Assembly (NCBI RefSeq): GCF_964355755.1
Contig: NC_092675.1
Location: 12,581,812 to 12,645,811 of the forward strand
Length of the DNA stretch: 64,000 bases
DNA from: Antedon mediterranea
Lineage: Eukaryota; Animalia; Echinodermata
Direction: 5' to 3'
Under the pieces are notes generated by a model. That model was not told where the DNA came from and ran no database searches. It saw nothing but the letters and a program-made list of their open reading frames with translations. Of the stretch, positions 1-12,500 are shown one piece after another; within the stretch, counting starts at the first letter, position 1; the number at the start of each line of letters is the position of its first letter. The position numbers and the translations under genes are program-made.

Positions 1-3000
1 TAAAACTTTTTCACACAAAACACCAAAGTGCTTAGAATAGATTCAAATCGCATTTGGAGAGGGTTTAGACCATTTTGTGATTTTCGAAAAAGATTGTTAA
101 CATAAAAACACCAAAGTGCTTAGAATCACATTATAAACCGTTTTAGACCATTTTGAGCATTTCGATAACAATTTACACAAAAACATCAAAGAGCACAAAA
201 TAGCTTAATATCGTATTTAAAAATGTTTTAGACCATTTTGAGCATTTAGATAAAACTTTTTCACACAAAACACCAAAGTGCTTAGAATAGATTCAAATCG
301 CATTTGGAGACGGTTTAGACCATTTTGTGATTTTGAAAAAACTTGTTAACATAAAAACACCAAAGTGCTTAGAATAGCTTCAAATCGCATTTGGAGACGT
401 TTTAGACCATTTTGTGATTTTCGAAAAAACTTGTTAACATAAAAACACCAAAGTGCTTAGAATAGCTTCAAATCGTATTTGGAGACGTTTTAGACCATTT
501 TGAGATTTTCGAAAAAACTTGGTTACACAAAAACATCAAAGTGCTTAAAATCACATTATAAACCGTTTTAGACCATTTTGAGCATTTCGATAACACTTTT
601 CACACAAAAACATCAAAGAGCACAAAATAGCTTAATATCGTATTTAAAAACGTTTTAGACCATTTTGAGCATTTCGACAAAACTTTTTCACACAAAACAC
701 CAAAGTGCTTAGAATAGCTTCAAATCGCATTTGGAGACGTTTTAGACCAATTTGTGCATTTCGATGAAACTTGATTACACACAAAAACATCAAAGTGCTT
801 AAAATCACATTATAAACCGTTTTAGACCATTTTGAGCATTTCGATAACACTTTTCACACAAAAACATCAAAGAGCACAAAATAGCTTAATATCGTATTTA
901 AAAACGTTTTAGACCATTTTGAGCATTTAGACAAAACTTTTTCACACAAAACACCAAAGTGCTTAGAATAGCTTCAAATCGCATTTGGAGACGTTTTAGA
1001 CCATTTTGTGCATTTCGATGAAACTTGGTTACACAAAAACATCAAAGTGCTTAAAATCACATTATAAATCGTTTTAGACCATTTTGAGCATTTCGACAAA
1101 ACTTTTTCACACAAAATACCAAAGTGCTTAGAATAGCTTCAAATCGCATTTGGAGACGTTTTAGACCATTTTGTGATTTTCGAAAAAACCTTTTAACATA
1201 AAAACACCAAAGTGCTTAGAATAGCTTCAAATCACATTTGGAGACGTTTTAGACCATTTTGTGATTTTCGAAAAAACTTGTTAACATAAAAACACGAAAG
1301 TGCTTAGAATAGCTTCAAATCGCATTTGGAAACGTTTTAGACCATTTTGTGATTTTCGAAAAAAATTGTTAACATAAAAACACCAAAGTGCTTAGAATCA
1401 CATTATAAACCGTTTTAGACCATTTTGAGCATTTCGATAACAATTTTCACACAAAAACATCAAAGAGCACAAAATAGCTTAATATCGTATTTAAAAATGT
1501 TTTAGACCATTTTGAGCATTTAGATAAAACTTTTTCACACAAAACACCAAAGTGCTTAGAATAGCTTCAAATCGCATTTGGAGACGTTTTAGACCATTTT
1601 GTGATTTTTGAAAAAACTTGTTAACATAAAAACACCAAAGTGCTTAGAATAGCTTCAAATCACATTTGGAGACGTTTTAGACCATTTTGTGATTTTCGAA
1701 AAAACTTGTTAACATAAAAACACGAAAGTGCTTAGAATAGCTTCAAATCACATTTGGAGACGTTTTAGACCATTTTGTGATTTTTGAAAAAACTTGTTAA
1801 CATAAAAACACGAAAGTGCTTAGAATAGCTTCAAATCGCATTTGGAAACGTTTTAGACGATTTTGTGATTTTCGAAAAAGATTGTTAACATAAAAACACC
1901 AAAGTGCTTAGAATCACATTATAAACCGTTTTAGACCATTTTGAGCATTTCGATAACAATTTTCACACAAAAACATCAAAGGGCACAAAATAGCTTAATA
2001 TCGTATTTAAAAACGTTTTAGACCATTTTGAGCATTTAGATAAAACTTTTTCACACAAAACACCAAAGTGCTTAGAATAGATTCAAATCGCATTTGGAGA
2101 GGGTTTAGACCATTTTGTGATTTTCGAAAAAGATTGTTAACATAAAAACACCAAAGTGCTTAGAATCACATTATAAACCGTTTTAGACCATTTTGAGCAT
2201 TTCGATAACAATTTACACAAAAACATCAAAGAGCACAAAATAGCTTAATATCGTATTTAAAAATGTTTTAGACCATTTTGAGCATTTAGATAAAACTTTT
2301 TCACACAAAACACCAAAGTGCTTAGAATAGATTCAAATCGCATTTGGAGACGGTTTAGACCATTTTGTGATTTTGAAAAAACTTGTTAACATAAAAACAC
2401 CAAAGTGCTTAGAATAGCTTCAAATCGCATTTGGAGACGTTTTAGACCATTTTGTGATTTTCGAAAAAACTTGTTAACATAAAAACACCAAAGTGCTTAG
2501 AATAGCTTCAAATCGTATTTGGAGACGTTTTAGACCATTTTGAGATTTTCGAAAAAACTTGGTTACACAAAAACATCAAAGTGCTTAAAATCACATTATA
2601 AACCGTTTTAGACCATTTTGAGCATTTCGATAACACTTTTCACACAAAAACATCAAAGAGCACAAAATAGCTTAATATCGTATTTAAAAACGTTTTAGAC
2701 CATTTTGAGCATTTCGACAAAACTTTTTCACACAAAACACCAAAGTGCTTAGAATAGCTTCAAATCGCATTTGGAGACGTTTTAGACCAATTTGTGCATT
2801 TCGATGAAACTTGATTACACACAAAAACATCAAAGTGCTTAAAATCACATTATAAACCGTTTTAGACCATTTTGAGCATTTCGATAACACTTTTCACACA
2901 AAAACATCAAAGAGCACAAAGTAGCTTAATATCGTATTTAAAAACGTTTTAGACCATTTTGAGCATTTAGACAAAACTTTTTCACACAAAACACCAAAGT

Positions 3001-4250
3001 GCTTAGAATAGCTTCAAATCGCATTTGGAGACGTTTTAGACCATTTTGTGCATTTCGATGAAACTTGGTTACACAAAAACATCAAAGTGCTTAAAATCAC
3101 ATTATAAATCGTTTTAGACCATTTTGAGCATTTCGACAAAACTTTTTCACACAAAATACCAAAGTGCTTAGAATAGCTTCAAATCGCATTTGGAGACGTT
3201 TTAGACCATTTTGTGATTTTCGAAAAAACCTTTTAACATAAAAACACCAAAGTGCTTAGAATAGCTTCAAATCACATTTGGAGACGTTTTAGACCATTTT
3301 GTGATTTTCGAAAAAACTTGTTAACATAAAAACACGAAAGTGCTTAGAATAGCTTCAAATCGCATTTGGAAACGTTTTAGACCATTTTGTGATTTTCGAA
3401 AAAAATTGTTAACATAAAAACACCAAAGTGCTTAGAATCACATTATAAACCGTTTTAGACCATTTTGAGCATTTCGATAACAATTTTCACACAAAAACAT
3501 CAAAGAGCACAAAATAGCTTAATATCGTATTTAAAAATGTTTTAGACCATTTTGAGCATTTAGATAAAACTTTTTCACACAAAACACCAAAGTGCTTAGA
3601 ATAGCTTCAAATCGCATTTGGAGACGTTTTAGACCATTTTGTGATTTTTGAAAAAACTTGTTAACATAAAAACACCAAAGTGCTTAGAATAGCTTCAAAT
3701 CACATTTGGAGACGTTTTAGACCATTTTGTGATTTTCGAAAAAAGTTGTTAACATAAAAACACGAAAGTGCTTAGAATAGCTTCAAATCGCATTTGGAAA
3801 CGTTTTAGACCATTTTGTGATTTTCGAAAAAACTTGTTAACATAAAAACACGAAAGTGCTTAGAATAGCTTCAAATCGCATTTGGAAACGTTTTAGACCA
3901 TTTTGTGATTTTCGAAAAAAATTGTTAACATAAAAACACCAAAGTGCTTAGAATCACATTATAAACCGTTTTAGACCATTTTGAGCATTTCGATAACAAT
4001 TTTCACACAAAAACATCAAAGAGCACAAAATAGCTTAATATCGTATTTAAAAATGTTTTAGACCATTTTGAGCATTTAGATAAAACTTTTTCACACAAAA
4101 CACCAAAGTGCTTAGAATAGATTCAAATCGCATTTGGAGAGGGTTTAGACCATTTTGTGATTTTCGAAAAAGATTGTTAACATAAAAACACCAAAGTACT
4201 TAGAATCACATTATAAACCGTTTTAGACCATTTTGAGCATTTCGATAACA
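1..4250. repeat. ~2040-bp higher-order tandem duplication (~2.1 copies)
   Basis: The lines starting at 1, 2041 and 4081 are identical, including the rare variants AATAGATTC and GGAGAGGGTTT. Identical ORFs lie at 644 and 2684 (offset 2040). Confidence 0.93.
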
Positions 4251-4500
4251 ATTTTCACACAAAAACATCAAAGAGCACAAAATAGCTTAATATCGTATTT
4301 AAAAATGTTTTAGACCATTTTGAGCATTTAGATAAAACTTTTTCACACAAAACACCAAAGTGCTTAGAATAGCTTCAAATCGCATTTGGAGACGTTTTAG
4401 ACCATTTTGTGATTTTTGAAAAAACTTGTTAACATAAAAACACGAAAGTGCTTAGAATAGCTTCAAATCGCATTTGGAAACGTTTTAGACCATTTTGTGA
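1..4500. repeat. Satellite array, block 1 (88/77/87-bp monomer family)
   Basis: CAAAGTGCTT/CAAAGAGCAC anchors at 361, 449, 537, 614 and 701 give monomers of 88, 88, 77 and 87 bp. All share GTTTTAGACCATTTTG. The array stops abruptly at 4500. Confidence 0.98.
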
Positions 4501-4636
4501 TGTCACATATGTTCTGTTAATATGCTAATTATATCTGTTTGTTATTTGCAAATTATGCAAACTACGTTACGCTCGGTGAAGTAATAAAACAGTAGTTGAA
4601 TTAAAAGAACCGTGTTGACGAGTCACACTTGTAATA
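4501..4636 (+). repeat. 5' LTR (~136 bp)
   Basis: Starts TGTCAC and has AATAAA at 4583. The PBS follows directly. Its first 48 bp recur at 5331. It ends in ATA rather than CA, so the 3' limit is approximate. Confidence 0.8.
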
Positions 4637-4647
4637 TGGTGTCAGAA
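4637..4647 (+). promoter_or_regulatory. Primer-binding site, tRNA-Leu type
   Basis: TGGTGTCAGAA is complementary to the 3' end (TTCTGACACCA) of animal tRNA-Leu and lies between the LTR and the gag ATG. Confidence 0.8.
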
Positions 4648-4666
4648 TAGTGGAAATTCACTCAAA

Positions 4667-5092
4667 ATGGAATCGTTGAAATTTAAGCCGCCTCCACCCT
4701 TCGATTTTGATGGTCCTAGTGTGTCTGCTGCTTGGAAAAGGTGGAAACAGAGATTTACATTCTTTCTGAAAGCGACTGGCAGTGCACGTAAAAGTGGTGA
4801 AATAAAGGTAGCAATTTTAATTACTACACTGGAAGGGCATGGCTTAGATATTTACAACAACTTTACGTTCACTGATCTTGTAGGCGAACCGGGTCAGGAA
4901 GATTATGTCCCAGCAGAGGACAATAATGATTTTGATACAGTAATGTCAAAGTATGATGAATACTGTAATAAACGGGACCCGATAATGGCGTTACGAGCGC
5001 AATATTGGCAATATGAACGACCCGAAGGTCAGGGTTTGGATGAGTTTGTGAATGACTTAAGAAACAATTTGAAACATATGAATGTGATCTAA
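4667..5092 (+). pseudogene. gag: Truncated Gypsy (Mag-like) gag N-terminus
   Basis: PPPFDF, WKRWKQRF, KVAIL and ERPEGQGLDEFVNDLR are typical Mag-type gag motifs. The frame runs into the 32-bp tandem repeat and stops. There is no zinc knuckle. Confidence 0.82.
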
Positions 5093-5198
5093 GAAACAAT
5101 TTGAAACATATGAATGTGATCTAAGAAACAATTTGAAACATATGAATGTGATCTAAGAAACAATTTGAAACATATGAATGTGATCTAAGAAACAATTT
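5058..5198 (+). repeat. 32-bp tandem repeat x4.4 (TAAGAAACAATTTGAAACATATGAATGTGATC)
   Basis: Units start at 5058, 5090, 5122, 5154 and 5186 (partial). Confidence 0.95.
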
Positions 5199-5317
5199 AT
5201 GTTTAAGGAAAAGTAATATTATTAATTTATGAGAATGTGATATATCGTGTCTAATTTACTTTTGATATTAATTTTTAAAAAAAAGATAAAAATTAAACTT
5301 TAGAAATTTATTTTGTT

Positions 5318-5330
5318 AGAAAAGGAAAGA
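5318..5330 (+). promoter_or_regulatory. Polypurine tract
   Basis: AGAAAAGGAAAGA lies directly before the second LTR start (TGTCAC at 5331). Confidence 0.85.
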
Positions 5331-5378
5331 TGTCACATATGTTCTGTTAATATGCTAATTATATCTGTTTGTTATTTG
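5331..5378 (+). repeat. 3' LTR fragment (48 bp)
   Basis: Identical to 4501-4548, then switches into minus-strand pol sequence. Confidence 0.9.
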
Positions 5379-5685
5379 GCTAGGAACAATCAACTTCTCA
5401 CCTAAAAACACAAGACCATCAATTTCATGTATCTCATCACGAAGATGCCAATACTGCCTAACTTGCTCCGGTGCACCCCATCTATGTTTAGGCCACCCGC
5501 TTTTGCATGTTAGAATTAGAGTTTGGAGTACCACATCTGCATGTGTAGCTCGTATTGCTTCTTCAATTTTTGCTTTACTCATGGGCAATATTTCGTCTAG
5601 ACTATGCACCCTATATTTCAACTGTTCAAGGGGTTGGGCATCACGATCAACCTTATCAGGATATGCTCTGCTGAGAGCATCAGCT
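5379..5685 (-). pseudogene. pol: Gypsy pol fragment: end of RNase H and linker before integrase
   Basis: Reads ADALSRAYP..GWP..YWHLRDEI..DGLVFLGEKLIVPS. It is in frame with the 7809-9494 ORF once 2145 bp (insert plus one TSD copy) are removed. Confidence 0.9.
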
Positions 5686-7826
5686 CACACTCACGTCATA
5701 TTGCGAATTTTGGACAAAAAGTGTTTTGAGAGCGCTTTTGATTTAAACATTAGCGCGAGCCTATCTTACCGCTGAGAATTGTATTGAGAAACCCGAAGAC
5801 TTCACGCTGGCGAGACGAACTGACTAAGAACATTATTACTATAGATTTTCACTTCATACACGCTTATTATTGAACAACAGGTAGTATAAATAACTGCTAG
5901 TTAATTAGAGACATTCGATGTTACTAAGAAAATTAAAGAAATTACTTATAATACAAATTTAAAAGATTTATAACGATTCTAGTTTAGGTAACATTCGCCC
6001 ATTAACAATGAAAACAAACAAATCCTGCGTAGGAAATCGCGGAACTCTAAAAAGTTTGTTTTAATATCACGCTAAAATTGTTTCCGAATTTTTAAATACA
6101 TATTTGTAAATAGTATGTTAAATTTCAATATCTTTACTTTTAATCTTCAAAAAATCAAAATGTTGATATTTTTTAAAAGAATTTTATGACCATTTGAAAT
6201 CGGGTATATTTACTATCGATCGCGCTCCGCCGGTGCCCGAGTAGGTGTGTACGCGTCGCTTTTGCAGGCTCTATTCCCAGTAGCGAGTTTCGGTCGCGCT
6301 AACATAAGCAATGTTTTCTACATTTACATGCATTAGGGGTAAATTATGTTTAATTGTTTTTACCGCATAACAAAATAACCACATTTATTTCTTTTCTTGC
6401 CTAACCGTTTCTGTCACCCTAAAATCAAATACTTTAACTGCATAATTTTAAGCGACAATAACATACAAATAGGCCTACTATAATTTGATCACTTCTTCGC
6501 AATACTTTAAAGTTGTTGTATACAATTATTTTAAGAATATAAATAAAAACACACAGAAACTAATAAAATGGCAACTAATTGAAAAGTCAAACTCATTTAT
6601 TTCATCAATTAAATATTTGAAAAAAATCAAATCAAGTAAGGACCGGTACTGCTGTGTAGGCCTTAAATATGATTACTGTATTTTTTAGTTTTAATTTGTA
6701 TAATGGCCTAGGCCTAATAATATAGTACTAACAACATGTTTATTTCTAAAGGCAAGAATAACAAACAGCTTTATTTATTTACCTTCAATATTAAATCTAT
6801 GAGAAACCTCAATTATGAGAATCATTTAAATTTCTGTCACCGTACATTTCATTATAATGAAAACCTTTAATTTAAAAGACATTTAATTAATAAGAGCTGG
6901 TCAAATTTTGTTGAATGTCAACATGCTGTCCATAAATAGCCGCTTTCAAGTGATGCAAATGTTTTCTGGAGTCAGATCCTATAAAAAATATAGAAATATA
7001 AAAAGTATGTTAATAAAGATGGGCTAGAGGTATACTGCATGATAAATTAGGCTGAAAAACCTAGCATGTGGTCCTAGGCCTACTACAAGGCCTAGCTTAA
7101 TGTTTTAAATCCCATAAAACGTTTGATTTTAATACAAGTACAAAATCTAATTTATATAGAGTTGTAAAGTGTGGTACATTCAGTACATTAATTAAAATAA
7201 ATGAGAATGGGGCCTAATATTAATAAATAAACATGTAAAAAATTGGCCTAAACGACTATGTGTGTATCTATACGCATTGATTAACACGCAGTACGCGATG
7301 GACCATCAAGGCTAGGCCTAGCTTCGCACAAACCACCGTTATACATGTGATTTGTTTACCTATTTCAATCGCCATTTAAAAAATACCTGAAAATATCAAC
7401 ATGCCCATTTTTTGTCAAACGAATATTTACATTACATAGTAACTTTTTATTTAGTCACTCGTTTACTCAAAAATTGAGGAATTTTTTTATGGTCTCGTAA
7501 ATATGTACAATATTATTATTGATAAAAACCGTATAAAATCTAACAAAAAGAAGAGCAAATTCAATGATTACCTGACACGATCATAACTGCTATCCTGTTC
7601 CAAAAACCAAGTCACATGCTTCTTCAACCCTTGCTTTAATTATTCTCATGAATTATTCATAAGGAACTATAATTTTAAGGCTTTCAATTGGTTAAAAGAG
7701 TTTAACCCTATTAAAATTTTAAATTCACATCATTTCCGGGTGATGTTGTCGCGCTTTGATGAATCTCAGAAATCACAAATGACCGCTAGAGGGCTCACTA
7801 CTTTTTGTCTAGTCTAAATGAATGTG
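5686..7826. mobile_element. Non-autonomous DNA transposon, Chapaev/CMC-like (2141 bp)
   Basis: AGCT is duplicated at 5682-5685 and 7827-7830. The termini are CACACTCA and TGAATGTG, a short imperfect TIR with CAC...GTG ends. A 4-bp TSD with CAC/GTG ends is the Chapaev signature. No transposase ORF is present. The insertion itself is secure; the superfamily is inferred. Confidence 0.72.
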
Positions 7827-9563
7827 AGCTATGTACATGTACTTTCCAGGAACATACTTAACATCAAGCTCATACTTTATCAATTTGAGCAGCATTTGTT
7901 GTATTCTAGGACTAGCTTTATGGAGTGGTTTACGTGTGATTGTTTCGAGTGGTTTATGGTCAGTGTGAACTTCAACAGCTCGGCCATATACATATTGGTG
8001 GTATTTGTGTATAGAAAAGCAGATCGCCAACATCTCCTTCTCAATTTGTGAGTAATTAACTTCAGCTGATGTTAACGACCTAGAGGCAAACGCAACCGGA
8101 TGACCCTCTTGAAGCAAACAGCTTCCGAGCCCTGTGGATGATGCATCACATTGGATAATGGTTGGCTTCTCTGGATCAAAGAAACTTAAGACTGGTTTGC
8201 TACTAATCAACGCCTTTAACTGCCTCAGGGATTCTGCTTGTTCTGGACCCCAAAACCATGCAACATCTTTCTTGAGCAATTCCCGGAGAGGTGCACTCAC
8301 ATTGGACATATTAGGTATGAATTGTGAAAGATAATTAAGCATCCCCATTATACGTTGCAAGTCAGATTTACATTGTGGGTCAGGCATTTCTTTGATAACT
8401 CTAACCTTTTCTTCGTCTGGTTTCTGTCCATCGGCACCCACCACGTTTCCCATGAACACCAATTCAGACTGTTTATACTTAAGCTTGCTTCCATTGAATT
8501 TGGCATTGTTCGCTCTGGCCGTATCCATCACCCTCTGTACTGTTGCATTATGCTCTGCTTCACTACCTGTAGCTATAATCATATCATCAGATATTATGTG
8601 TACGTTAGGTATATGACCAAATATTTGCTGGTTTCGTTTCTGTAGCACCTCACTAGCACTGCAGATACCAAATGGCATTCTTAGAAAACTGTATCGTCCA
8701 AAAGGAGTATTGAATGTACATATATCTGCGCTAGCGTCAGTAAGAGGAACTTGCCAGTACGCATCTTTCTGGTCAAAGACAGTGAAAAGTGTTTTACCTG
8801 ACAGCTGACTCACTACGTCCTTACCGGTCGGTATCATATGATGTTCACGTCTAATGGCTTTGTTCAAATCACGTGGATCCAAACACAACCTCAAGGATCC
8901 GTCTCGTTTCTCCACTATCACTAGGCTGTTGACCCAATCTGTTGGTTTGTCGGTCCGTTTAATCACGCCCCTCTTCTCCATATCGTCAAGTTTTTCTTTC
9001 AGCTTGGTATGCAGACTAAGTGGCACCCTGCGGGGTGGATGGACTACTGGAGAAACACCACTTTTCAACTTGATGTCATAAGGATCTTGATATTTACCTA
9101 AACCTGTAAATACATCACGATTCTCTCGAATCAAGGAATCTTTAGTTAGTGCATGTACATATTTATTATTTATCACATTATCACTACACATCATATTGTT
9201 ACCACGTTTGATCAGACCAAGCTCCCTACAGGCTTTCAATCCAAGTATAGGTGGACCATCAACATTAGTAATAAAGAAGTCATAATCATTTTGGATGTTA
9301 TCAACTTTTACATTTAGAGTAACTTTACCAATATGTTTTACAATTTCATCACTATAACTATATAGGTTAGTTTTAGAATGATATACTTTAATGTTCTTAT
9401 GTCCTGGTAACTTTCTAAATGTTTCCAGTGGTATGCAGTTAACACCTGCTCCTGTGTCAAGCTTCATCTTTAACACATTACCTCCCACAAACACATCATA
9501 GAACCAAGCGTTCTTGTCATCGTTATCTCTTAGAGTGTCAATATAAAAGTACTCATTTTTGTT
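7827..9563 (-). pseudogene. pol: Gypsy pol: aspartic protease, reverse transcriptase, RNase H (interrupted)
   Basis: Protease KLDTGA and ILG. RT LRLCLDPRDLN, RMPFG and ISDD. RNase H CDAS, EKEMLA and TDHKPL. The frame stays open upstream of 9494 (NEYFYID) up to the satellite junction. Confidence 0.95.
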
Positions 9564-12500
9564 AACTTGTTAACATAAAAACACCAAAGTGCTTAGAATA
9601 GCTTCAAATCACATTTGGAGATGTTTTAGACCATTTTGTGATTTTTGAAAAAACTTGTTAACATAAAAACACGAAAGTGCTTAGAATAGCTTCAAATCAC
9701 ATTTGGAGACGTTTTAGACCATTTTGTGATTTTTGAAAAAACTTGTTAACATAAAAACACGAAAGTGCTTAGAATAGCTTCAAATCGCATTTGGAAACGT
9801 TTTAGACCATTTTGTGATTTTCGAAAAAGATTGTTAACATAAAAACACCAATGTGCTTAGAATCACATTATAAACCATTTTAGACCATTTTGAGCATTTC
9901 GATAACAATTTTCACACAAAAACATCAAAGAGCACAAAATAGCTTAATATCGTATTTATAAATGTTTTAGACCATTTTGAGCATTTCGACAAAACTTTTT
10001 CACACAAAACACCAAAGTGCTTAGAATAGCTTCAAATCGCATTTGGAGACGTTTTAGACCATTTTGTGATTTCGATGAAACTTGATTACACAAAAACATC
10101 AAAGTGCTTAAAATCACATTATAAACCGTTTTAGACCATTTTGAGCATTTCGATAACACTTTTCACACAAAAACATCAAAGAGCACAAAATAGCTTAATA
10201 TCGTATTTAAAAACGTTTTAGACCATTTTGAGCATTTAGACAAAACTTTTTCACACAAAACACCAAAGTGCTTAGAATAGCTTCAAATCGCATTTGGAGA
10301 CGTTTTAGAACATTTTGTGTTTTTCGAAAAAAACTGTTAACACAAAAACACCAAAGTGCTTAGAATAGCTTCAAATCGCATTTGGAGACGTTTTAGAACA
10401 TTTTGTGTTCTTCGAAAAAACCTGTTAACATAAAAACACCAAAGTGCTTAGAATAGCTTCAAATCGCATTTGGAGACGTTTTAGACCATTTTGTGATTTT
10501 TGAAAAAAAATTGTTAACATAAAAACACCAAAGTGCTTAGAATAGCTTCAAATCACATTTGGAGACGTTTTAGACCATTTTGTGATTTTCGAAAAAACTT
10601 GTTAACATAAAAACACCAAAGTGCTTAGAATAGCGTCAAATCGTATTTGGAGACGTTTTAGACCATTTTGTGATTTTCGAAAAAACTTGTTAACATAAAA
10701 ACACCAAAGTGCTTAGAATAGCTTCAAATCGCATTTGGAGACGGTTTAGACCATTTTGTGATTTTGAAAAAACTTGTTAACATAAAAACACCAAAGTGCT
10801 TAGAATAGCTTCAAATCGCATTTGGAGACGTTTTAGACCATTTTGTGATTTTCGAAAAAACGTTTTAACATAAAAACATCAAAGTGTACAGAATAGCTTC
10901 AAATCGCATTTGGAGACGTTTTAGACCAATTTGTGATTTTCGAAAAAACTTATTAACATAAAAATACCAAAGTGTTTAGAATAGCTTAAAATCGCATTTG
11001 GAGACGTTTTAGACCATTTTGTGATTTTCGAAAAAACTTGTTAACATAAAAACACCAAAGTGCTTAGAATAGCTTCAAATCGCATTTGGAGACGTTTTAG
11101 ACCATTTTGTGATTTTTGAAAAAACTTGTTAACATAAAAACACCAAAGTGCTTAGAATAGCTTCAAATCGTATTTGGAGACGTTTTAGACCATTTTGTGA
11201 TTTTTGAAAAAACTTGTTAACATAAAAACACGAAAGTGCTTAGAATAGCTTCAAATCGCATTTGGAAACGTTTTAGACCATTTTGTGATTTTCGAAAAAG
11301 ATAGTTAACATAAAAACACGAATGTGCTTAGAATCACATTATAAACCGTTTTAGACCATTTTGAGCATTTCGATAACAATTTTCACACAAAAACATCAAA
11401 GAGCACAAAATAGCTTAATATCGTATTTAAAAATGTTTTAGACCATTTTGAGCATTTAGATAAAACTTTTTCACACAAAACACCAAAGTGCTTAGAATAG
11501 CTTCAAATCGCATTTGGAGACGGTTTAGACCATTTTGTGATTTTGAAAAAACTTGTTAACATAAAAACACCAAAGTGCTTAGAATAGCTTCAAATCGCAT
11601 TTGGAGACGTTTTAGACCATTTTGTGATTTTCGAAAAAACTTGTTAACATAAAAACACCAAAGTGCTTAGAATAGCTTCAAATCGTATTTGGAGACGTTT
11701 TAGACCATTTTGAGATTTTCGAAAAAACTTGGTTACACAAAAACATCAAAGTGCTTAAAATCACATTATAAACCGTTTTAGACCATTTTGAGCATTTTGA
11801 TAACACTTTTCACACAAAAACATCAAAGAGCACAAAATAGCTTAATATCGTATTTAAAAACGTTTTAGACCATTTTGAGCATTTCGACAAAACTTTTTCA
11901 CACAAAACACCAAAGTGCTTAGAATAGCTTGAAATCGCATTTGGAGACGTTTTAGAACATTTTGTGTTTTTCGAAAAAAACTGTTAACATAAAAACACCA
12001 AAGTGCTTAGAATAGCTTCAAATCGCATTTGGAGACGTTTTAGAACATTTTGTGTTTTTCGAAAAAACCTGTTAACATAAAAACACCAAAGTGCTTAGAA
12101 TAGCTTCAAATCGCATTTGGAGACGTTTTAGAACATTTTGTGATTTTTGAAAAAACTTGTTAACATAAAAACACCAAAGTGCTTAGAATAGCTTCAAATC
12201 ACATTTGGAGACGTTTTAGACCATTTTGTGATTTTCGAAAAAAGTTGTTAACATAAAAACACGAAAGTGCTTAGAATAGCTTCAAATCGCATTTGGAAAC
12301 GTTTTAGACCATTTTGGGATTTTCCAAAAAACTTGTTAACATAAAAACACGAAAGTGCTTAGAATAGCTTCAAATCGCATTTGGAAACGTTTTAGACCAT
12401 TTTGTGATTTTCGAAAAAAATTGTTAACATAAAAACACCAAAGTGCTTAGAATCACATTATAAACCGTTTTAGACCATTTTGAGCATTTCGATAACAATT

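Larger units (their letters stand above)
4501..9563. mobile_element. Rearranged Ty3/Gypsy (Mag-like) LTR retrotransposon composite with nested DNA transposon
   Basis: LTR/PBS/gag/PPT/LTR lie on + and pol lies on -. Satellite flanks both sides. No target-site duplication and no integrase core are seen. Confidence 0.9.

Noticed and set aside
1318-1338. CENP-B box resemblance (TCGCATTTGGAAACG)
   Set aside because: It shares TTGGAAACG with the human box but lacks the required TTCG-N4-A-N2-CGGG spacing and the CGGG.
6485-6688. 67-aa ORF in the DNA transposon as a possible transposase remnant
   Set aside because: Low-complexity AT-rich translation with no transposase motifs.
8575-8600. Non-canonical RT motifs (ISDD here, ILDD in the Ngaro RT) as signs of inactivation
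   Set aside because: The catalytic aspartates are intact, and replacement of the Y in YxDD occurs in Mag-like and Ngaro-like RTs, so this is not evidence of decay.
7818-9081. Short + strand ORFs opposite Gypsy pol
   Set aside because: Antisense shadows with no recognisable motifs.
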